In this document: positions 58,004-64,000 of the stretch, one piece after another
Layout of the letters: each line of letters begins with the position of its first letter
How positions within the stretch are numbered: the first letter of the stretch is position 1
Translations under genes and position numbers: made by a program
IMG/VR virus record: IMGVR_UViG_3300045998_000148
Span: 35,878-99,877 of that record
Length of the DNA stretch: 64,000 nucleotides
Origin: a virus
Direction: 5' to 3' (one strand)
Notes under the pieces: model-generated
What the model was told of the DNA's origin: nothing
Database searches by the model: none
What the model saw: only the letters and a program-made list of their open reading frames with translations

Positions 58004-58423
58004 CTAATAATCTTCCACCGTAAGTTGAACGGATATTGTCGCCGCCGCCGTTACCGCAGTTCGCGCTCTCGCCTTCAAAGTAGAACCCGCCGCCAACAAT
58101 ATATAGGGATTGCCAGACTCATCTATTTTTTTGCCTAAAATGCTTGAATTTGACAGGCCATTAATCGGATTTAGAACCCCATTGCTTCCAGTGTTGGCAG
58201 GGATGCCAACAAAACCAATCAAAGCGTCTGCCAGCCCATCTCCAATTAAAAGCTCTATCGTCTTATCGGCACTATCGGAACTGGTTATCGTAATAACCGA
58301 TATTATTGAATCATCAATTCCCCCAGTCACGAGAATTTTTGTATTAGTGCCATCGGCAGTTACAAAGCTTGCATTTATATTTCTGGCTTTTTGAGGAAAA
58401 ACGGGGGTATGTGTTTTAGCCAC
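58004..58423 (-). CDS. Small beta-rich fibre-associated protein, paralogue of 59946-60362
   Basis: Both read K.T..P.F.Q...F..AD.T..K...G.DDS.I..I..TS.D.A.K...EDY. Confidence 0.65.
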   Translation of the reverse strand: MAKTHTPVFPQKARNINASFVTADGTNTKILVTGGIDDSIISVITITSSDSADKTIELLIGDGLADALIGFVGIPANTGSNGVLNPINGLSNSSILGKKIDESGNPYILLAAGSTLKARARTAVTAAATISVQLTVEDY

Positions 58424-58426
58424 GAT

Positions 58427-59479
58427 CTATATCCAAGATAATCTAAGGGTTGACATTGTTTCGGCTCGTTCCGTAGCGTCTAAAATACGATTCCACATGG
58501 CAAATTCATATAACTCCATATCAGCATAGCCATTATCAGTCGCCCCGAAACCTAAGTAAAATTGGTTTAGTGCATTCAGGTGGGTAAAGGCAGTAGCTTG
58601 ATCGACTATCAATGTCCCTGCGCTATTCATAATAGCAGTGCGCTGATTTGTTCCGGCGCTCGTATTGAAATAAACCCAGAATCCCGCACTAGCAGCTCCC
58701 ATACTGGGAGAATCTTGAAAAGGAATTCTGTAACCCCAATTAGGTTGATTATAAGTAAGGGGCCAGCACACATTTTGTCCGTTAGTTTGTCCGCCGCCTC
58801 CCATACTTGCTATAAAGTGCGAAGTAGATACTTGCAAGTATCTGAAGGCTATACAAATTGTATAGGCGGGAGATGCTCCAAAGTTATTTGGGCCACCTAA
58901 ATACTGACTGGCTGCACGATTGAATCGCAAGGCTCTTTTTGCATTAAACGAACTAGGATTCAGAAGCGTCGGCCATCTTGTAGCGACGTCTGCGTTACTC
59001 AAACTGGGAAGAAATGTACTTCCATTTATTATATTGATGATGTTTGGTACGCGATCGCTTTCATCTTTTGTAAGAAAGCTGTCATTATCAAATCGATATC
59101 GAGCGACCGCGCCAGTCGGGATCGACGGTATGACAAATGGCCTATTTGGAATGACAACTAAGGGAGCGCTGCCACTTAAAACAATTACTTCTGCATCGGC
59201 AACTACCAGGAGTTCCACGGTTGTCGAGGGAGACACACCAATTCCCTGCGACAAGCCAATCGGAGTAGTATCGCGCTTTCTAAATCCAGTTAAGACGATG
59301 GTTCTAGTAGAAGTATTTATCCATTTAATATAGGTCGTCGGCCTTACATTATGGAAATTGACCTCTGTATTATTTGCTAGAGTTCTAGTAAGGAAGATCC
59401 CCCCGCCATTGACGGGCGATTGCCTCGTATCGTCGTGTATCGCGATCTGTCCATAAACGATTTTTCTGCCAGTTTTCAC
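58427..59479 (-). CDS. LamG/ConA-like lectin-domain protein
   Basis: LRFNRAASQYL...LYEFAMWNRIL; GTG start with AAGGAG RBS overlapping the upstream stop. Confidence 0.6.
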   Translation of the reverse strand: MKTGRKIVYGQIAIHDDTRQSPVNGGGIFLTRTLANNTEVNFHNVRPTTYIKWINTSTRTIVLTGFRKRDTTPIGLSQGIGVSPSTTVELLVVADAEVIVLSGSAPLVVIPNRPFVIPSIPTGAVARYRFDNDSFLTKDESDRVPNIINIINGSTFLPSLSNADVATRWPTLLNPSSFNAKRALRFNRAASQYLGGPNNFGASPAYTICIAFRYLQVSTSHFIASMGGGGQTNGQNVCWPLTYNQPNWGYRIPFQDSPSMGAASAGFWVYFNTSAGTNQRTAIMNSAGTLIVDQATAFTHLNALNQFYLGFGATDNGYADMELYEFAMWNRILDATERAETMSTLRLSWI

Positions 59480-59946
59480 AGGCCGCTCCTTGCATATATA
59501 GACGCCCAAACGGTATCGCTCGACGCGCCATTATTTGTAGTGGCATCGCTTATCGTCCCTACACTTAATTCATCGACAAAATCTTCCATGCCATAGAAAA
59601 CCCACCTTCCACCGTAAAACACGAGTTGAAGGGCAGCTCCCTTAGAAGAAATGTCCAGGGAAGGCAGATCTTCAACCGAGATCGCATCGTTGCCATCTGA
59701 ATAGATCGTCAGGGGATTGGCCTCAAACGTCCCCTCGTAATCGACCAGTCCAATTCGATCGCCGTCTACTCCGGCAGGCAGGTTAAAAACTGTCGTTCCA
59801 TCTAATAGATAGAGATTGCCCGCCGCGCCATTGACCGTTAGCTCGTTGGAATAGACCGGAATTAGGCCGCCGCCGCCGCCATTGTCTACACTGCCTTCTT
59901 GTGGAGGAGAGTACCTTCTTAATGATGATGTTCTCATCGATTGCAT
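59476..59946 (-). CDS. Second tail-fibre module protein (short)
   Basis: Near-identical DNA to 57648-57951; start may be MRTSS at 59937. Confidence 0.6.
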   Translation of the reverse strand: MQSMRTSSLRRYSPPQEGSVDNGGGGGLIPVYSNELTVNGAAGNLYLLDGTTVFNLPAGVDGDRIGLVDYEGTFEANPLTIYSDGNDAISVEDLPSLDISSKGAALQLVFYGGRWVFYGMEDFVDELSVGTISDATTNNGASSDTVWASIYARSGL

Positions 59947-60362
59947 CAGTAATCTTCTCCCAAAACAATGACATTTATTTGACAGGCAGCGGTTACGGCT
60001 GCAATAACATTAGCTCGCAATTCAAAGCCTCGCCTCAGCCTCAAAATTCTATTATTAGATTCATCGAACGGCAGCCCTGGAAGGACAGCCAAAACATTTA
60101 CTGCCAGATTAGCGACAGTAGTTCCAGCGCCTATTGGAATTGTCAGTCGATGCAATGGAAAATTAGTGAGTCCATCTGAAATATAAAATTGCATATCTTT
60201 ATTAGCGGTATCCGTCGAAGTGACGAGAATCGCCTTGATCACCGAATCATCTACGCCAGCCGTGTAACAGGACTTTACCGCCGTAGTATCGGCGGGAAGG
60301 AATACCTGCGGGATGTGGGGGTTGACGTTTTGGGTGAAAGGTACGGTGTATGTTTTAGGCAT
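59946..60362 (-). CDS. Small beta-rich fibre-associated protein
   Basis: Paralogue of 58004-58423. Confidence 0.65.
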   Translation of the reverse strand: MPKTYTVPFTQNVNPHIPQVFLPADTTAVKSCYTAGVDDSVIKAILVTSTDTANKDMQFYISDGLTNFPLHRLTIPIGAGTTVANLAVNVLAVLPGLPFDESNNRILRLRRGFELRANVIAAVTAACQINVIVLGEDY

Positions 60363-60380
60363 GATTTTGCATTCCTCTAA

Positions 60381-61364
60381 TTAGTCTGCCGCTTTAATCC
60401 GAAAGCCTTGCCACCCTATACTCCCAGTTGATAGATAGCGACTGCCATCGCTGGCGATAACCTGTTCGCCTTCTAGTAAAGAGGCCAATCCCCGATAGGC
60501 AAATTTAACTGTCCCCCTAAAGAAAAGAGGAGGCGGTAAAGCTATTCCCGCTTTACTTCCGCCACTTGTATTACCATAAGTATTAGTAGCACCACGTCCT
60601 TCTACATAATAATAAGGGGCTAAAAGAGGAGTACCTGTCTCGGCATTGACTTGACCGTTGCCCAGCATATACATAGGGTAATCATTGTTTGCATTGTTAA
60701 AACTGATACCGCCGCCGTGTGCCGTGTTAATCGAGGCATTGACAAAATCGCACGACCCACTGTTCATTATCCATATAGCAGAGGTCATCGCGTGAGCGGT
60801 GCTGGCAATAACATTCAACCAATCGGCACTTAATTGTCTCCAAACGGTATTGTTGATGCCCGATCGCATCACATAAGTTTGCCCTAAAGTAAAAGGATTT
60901 AGAGGGCCGATATAGCAAGCGGTATCGTCAGCATTATTGACTCTATTGACAAAACCAAAGTGTTGACCTCTAAGAGGTTGAGAGGCGTTGCCGCTTACAA
61001 CACAAATACAGCCTGCATCTCGATCGGCAGCTAGATAGAGGTAATTGGTTAAACTTGTATCGTAGTCGCAAACTGACTGAGCATTTGGAGATAGTGTGAC
61101 TCCGGTTCCATCTAAGTCGCCCCTTATGGTCAATCGACTTAAGTTGCCGCTAACCACAGAAGTCGTAAAAACCATCCAACACTGATGGGCATTGACTTCT
61201 GTTACTCCCCGCATTGTAATCGTGTTGCCGGGAATGTTATCGACAACGGCTGTCCATCCAGCCGATACCAAATTATTTCTTATTAAAGTCAATAACTCTG
61301 CGGAAGTATTGAAGGTTGCGCCAAGATAATTAGGGGCGCTTCCATTTACATAAATGATGGGCAT
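60381..61364 (-). CDS. Putative virion structural protein
   Basis: L..I...LV.AGWT N-terminus, N/G/T-rich. Confidence 0.55.
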   Translation of the reverse strand: MPIIYVNGSAPNYLGATFNTSAELLTLIRNNLVSAGWTAVVDNIPGNTITMRGVTEVNAHQCWMVFTTSVVSGNLSRLTIRGDLDGTGVTLSPNAQSVCDYDTSLTNYLYLAADRDAGCICVVSGNASQPLRGQHFGFVNRVNNADDTACYIGPLNPFTLGQTYVMRSGINNTVWRQLSADWLNVIASTAHAMTSAIWIMNSGSCDFVNASINTAHGGGISFNNANNDYPMYMLGNGQVNAETGTPLLAPYYYVEGRGATNTYGNTSGGSKAGIALPPPLFFRGTVKFAYRGLASLLEGEQVIASDGSRYLSTGSIGWQGFRIKAAD

Positions 61365-61369
61365 TTTAT

Positions 61370-61672
61370 TTATCTAGTCCTTGTTATTACTGTTTGTCCG
61401 GTAATGAGTTCTGGCTCAATTACGCTTGAGCTATTTATCGGGATTCCCCTAGTATTCCTGCTTCTGGTAACAGATTGTCCTGCAATGAGTTCTGGCTCAA
61501 TTACGTTTGAGCTATTTATCGGGACTCCCCTAGTATTCCTGCTTCTCGTGTTAGCCAAACCATTAATAAAAAACGGTTCTTGCTCTACAACAATGACCTC
61601 CTCTATAACCGTAATCGTTATAGGTTCGGGATCGGGCTGGCCGCCATATAATTCTCTTAATGTAGTTGTCAT
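61370..61672 (-). CDS. Small protein with an internal 27-aa duplication
   Basis: TRSRNTRG.PINSS.VIEPELI.GQ.V twice. Confidence 0.6.
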   Translation of the reverse strand: MTTTLRELYGGQPDPEPITITVIEEVIVVEQEPFFINGLANTRSRNTRGVPINSSNVIEPELIAGQSVTRSRNTRGIPINSSSVIEPELITGQTVITRTR

Positions 61673-61673
61673 G

Positions 61674-64000
61674 TCAAACTCCTGCTGCTATCAGTGCGTG
61701 TAAATTAGCCAACTCAAGGGGGAGGACTTCAGTAATATTGCTTTCTCCTCTAATATTCCAAAGACTGCGATTATAAATATAGTCTCTCTCATTTTGCGTT
61801 AATAATCGCTTGGATATACCGGCAAACATTATTGACCACTTGTTATTTAACGGCCAATTTAATACATTGCCGATCTGAAGATTGCCCGTATTTGTCCTGG
61901 GGACATTGGCGTACTGTACTACGACAAAACGATTCCCATTTACACTTATTCCGGCAGTCTGATTTTCTTCATTGTAATAAGCGTCAATTAAATAGAATGT
62001 ATTTGCCTGTAGGCTGGTTATTGGAAATATGGTTTCATAGCCAGTAGTATTAACTGTATTTCCAACACTAAATCTAAAGCCTTGGCCTACATACCAATTA
62101 ATAAACCAACCACTCCAAGGGTTAGCGGCATTGAAATTTCCCATAAACCCATGAGAATTATCGGGTGTAGGGCCGTGAAAATAAACCCCTATCATTATTT
62201 CCGTGGTACTAGAAAGCTGAAAGTCACTTTGATTGACTGCCGATACACTTTCAGAGCCACTTACCCTCAATCCAGATAGTTGTTTGCTGATTTCGCCTGC
62301 GGTTGCAGTTAGAGTAATGCCCGTCATGGCACTACCTGTCATTACAACATTGGAAATGGAATCCGTTTTGTTTGCAGTCAGTTGATTGGCTAAGTTCCAA
62401 TAATACGAAAAGGCAGTAAATCTATTATTGTTGGTTACTAATCCAACGATATTGTCTTCTCCAATTCCACCCGTAATAGTCCAGCGATTAGAATGGAGAA
62501 CCAATTCGAGCGCTTGACCCCCTCGATCCAATACAATACTGGTCGCGCCCTGGATGTCGTGTCCGGGATTGGCGAAGATCGTCAATGAATGGGTTCCAAA
62601 TCCCGTTAATAAAGAAGTATTGTTAAAGTCGGCCAGTCCAATTCGATCGCCGTCTACTCCGGCAGGCAGGTTAAAAAGTGTCGTTCCATCTAATAGATAG
62701 AAATTGCCCGCCGCGCCATTGACCGTCAGCTCGTTGGAATAGACCGGAATTAGGCCGCCACCACTATTGGGGGGCAATGTAGGCAGATTGTCTAAATCGT
62801 CATAGCTGCCACTCAGCGCGACAGTGGCAAAGGTGGGCTTGTCTGTGACCGCATCCCAATCGACGGATTGCAGGTATCCGGCATCGTTATTGAAAGCCGA
62901 AACATCGCTCGGGATGATGGGAATAGTGGGCCGATCTTCGAGGTCGTCATAGCTGCCACTCAGCGCGACAGTGGCAAAAGTAGGCTTGTCACTTATGTCA
63001 TTCCAAGCAACTTCCGTCAGGGTATTGGCATTAACAACATAGACGAACCAGCCGTTGTCTGAGTCGTAGCGGATCTCTGCCCGCTGTCCAACTTGTAGGT
63101 CTGTAGCTCCAGTAACGGGGGTAGGCTCGCCATCTACAGGTTTGAGGGCGATCGCGATATCTCCCACGTTTTCTACTGACACTTCAAAGAAATTCTCAAA
63201 GGAAGTAGCGTCGGGCAAGAGGATTTCTGAATTTGCGGCAATCGTCTTGGAAAGCAGGATTTTTCGTGCGTCTGAGGACTGTATCGTATAGCTTTGACCC
63301 CCGATCGCCGCCAAACTTCCGTATAGTTTGACGTCCCTATAGCTATAAAAATACCCGCCTCCTCCATGCTGGATGCCGACATAGCGCCAAGTCCCCGAAC
63401 TCGGCGCATTGTAATACCGCCAGCGATATCCGGCATTGTCTATAAAAGTAAAAGTGCCAGAGGCGATCGTCCAATTGGTAAGGTTGTTGCTAAAGAAAGC
63501 CGATCCAGCATAGCGAGAATCGGTTGTAACGTATCCGATATAAGTCGGGCTATAGGATTGCGATCCGAAATCAAAGACAATCCCTTCTCCATAGTTATTC
63601 GTTACTGGGCCGTATGTTGCCGGATTGTCGTCTGTAAAAACATCTAAAGGGGTTCCCAAGGTTACAGCTCCAAAGCCTATATTGGCCGGACACCAATAGG
63701 TTTTGAGATAGGAAGTATTTACCGGATTCGTGCCGAGAAGCGTTGCCATCTTGGAAATTAAATCATCCGCGCCATAGTTAAAAGAAACGGCTGGACTCGT
63801 ATAAGTGGCGGTTAATGGATTAGAACTGTAGGCGATTTCTTCGGGGATGTTAGAAACAAAGTCGGGCTTATCTTCAAGGTCGTCATAGCTGCCACTCAGC
63901 GCGACCGTGGCAAAAGTGGGCTTGTCTGTGACCGCATCCCAATCGACCGATTGCAGGTATCCGGCATCGTTATTGAAAGCCGAAACATCGGTCGGGATGA
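61674..64000 (-). CDS. Long tail-fibre protein, 5' end beyond the window
   Basis: Frame stays open from 63749 to the window edge (IPTDVSAFNNDAGYLQSVDWDAVTDKPTFATVALSGSYDDL...); KPTFATVALSGSYDDL repeats and a C-terminal LamG-like domain. Confidence 0.8.
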   Translation of the reverse strand, partial: IPTDVSAFNNDAGYLQSVDWDAVTDKPTFATVALSGSYDDLEDKPDFVSNIPEEIAYSSNPLTATYTSPAVSFNYGADDLISKMATLLGTNPVNTSYLKTYWCPANIGFGAVTLGTPLDVFTDDNPATYGPVTNNYGEGIVFDFGSQSYSPTYIGYVTTDSRYAGSAFFSNNLTNWTIASGTFTFIDNAGYRWRYYNAPSSGTWRYVGIQHGGGGYFYSYRDVKLYGSLAAIGGQSYTIQSSDARKILLSKTIAANSEILLPDATSFENFFEVSVENVGDIAIALKPVDGEPTPVTGATDLQVGQRAEIRYDSDNGWFVYVVNANTLTEVAWNDISDKPTFATVALSGSYDDLEDRPTIPIIPSDVSAFNNDAGYLQSVDWDAVTDKPTFATVALSGSYDDLDNLPTLPPNSGGGLIPVYSNELTVNGAAGNFYLLDGTTLFNLPAGVDGDRIGLADFNNTSLLTGFGTHSLTIFANPGHDIQGATSIVLDRGGQALELVLHSNRWTITGGIGEDNIVGLVTNNNRFTAFSYYWNLANQLTANKTDSISNVVMTGSAMTGITLTATAGEISKQLSGLRVSGSESVSAVNQSDFQLSSTTEIMIGVYFHGPTPDNSHGFMGNFNAANPWSGWFINWYVGQGFRFSVGNTVNTTGYETIFPITSLQANTFYLIDAYYNEENQTAGISVNGNRFVVVQYANVPRTNTGNLQIGNVLNWPLNNKWSIMFAGISKRLLTQNERDYIYNRSLWNIRGESNITEVLPLELANLHALIAAGV

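Noticed and set aside
59476-59509. Programmed frameshift between 59476-59946 and 58427-59509
   Set aside because: A GTG start with AAGGAG RBS overlapping the TGA explains the junction as ordinary translational coupling
54071-64000. Diversity-generating retroelement or invertible shufflon for the fibre repeats
   Set aside because: No reverse transcriptase or invertase in the window; repeats are direct and differences are not evidently adenine-specific

Overview
The window is a 64-kb stretch of a tailed-phage (or prophage/phage-plasmid) genome, very likely from a cyanobacterial host: the HIP1 octamer GCGATCGC is abundant outside the tail-fibre region and several proteins are of cyanobacterial type. 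Layout: head genes (cement-like, DUF2213 protease/scaffold) and probable virion genes (0-11.7 kb); two GH19-type lysins, a holin candidate and the large terminase; a DNA-modification cluster (C5 MTase, PAPS-reductase-like, DUF5131, Dam-like); replication/recombination genes (RusA, HNH-AP2, DnaQ-like, DnaB); a DUF1257-DUF2997-AAA module; a DarB-like MTase-SNF2 helicase; and a modular, AT-richer tail-fibre/lectin region (54-64 kb). Two things stand out. (1) At 34.1-40.2 kb, eight cassettes are each built as [HIP1-stem terminator]-[variable GCTACAGATCGCC tandem repeat]-[conserved sigma70 promoter with a shared ATACC-N9-GGTAT palindrome]-[small, mostly acidic gene]; one gene is ardA, suggesting a modular, co-regulated anti-defence array. 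(2) At 20.9-22.9 kb, a three-gene operon with an operator-like palindrome in its promoter ends in an orphan Cas8 (type I-MYXAN Cmx1/Cas8a1-like) homologue that seems to lack the C-terminal Cas11-like part; a solitary CRISPR-repeat-like sequence lies about 2 kb away. Both are candidate anti-CRISPR devices. A 51-bp palindromic dispersed repeat, recurring duplications of gene 5' ends and many VNTRs are also visible. All family assignments come from motif recognition by eye, not database searches. No integrase, tRNA, reverse transcriptase or true CRISPR array was seen.
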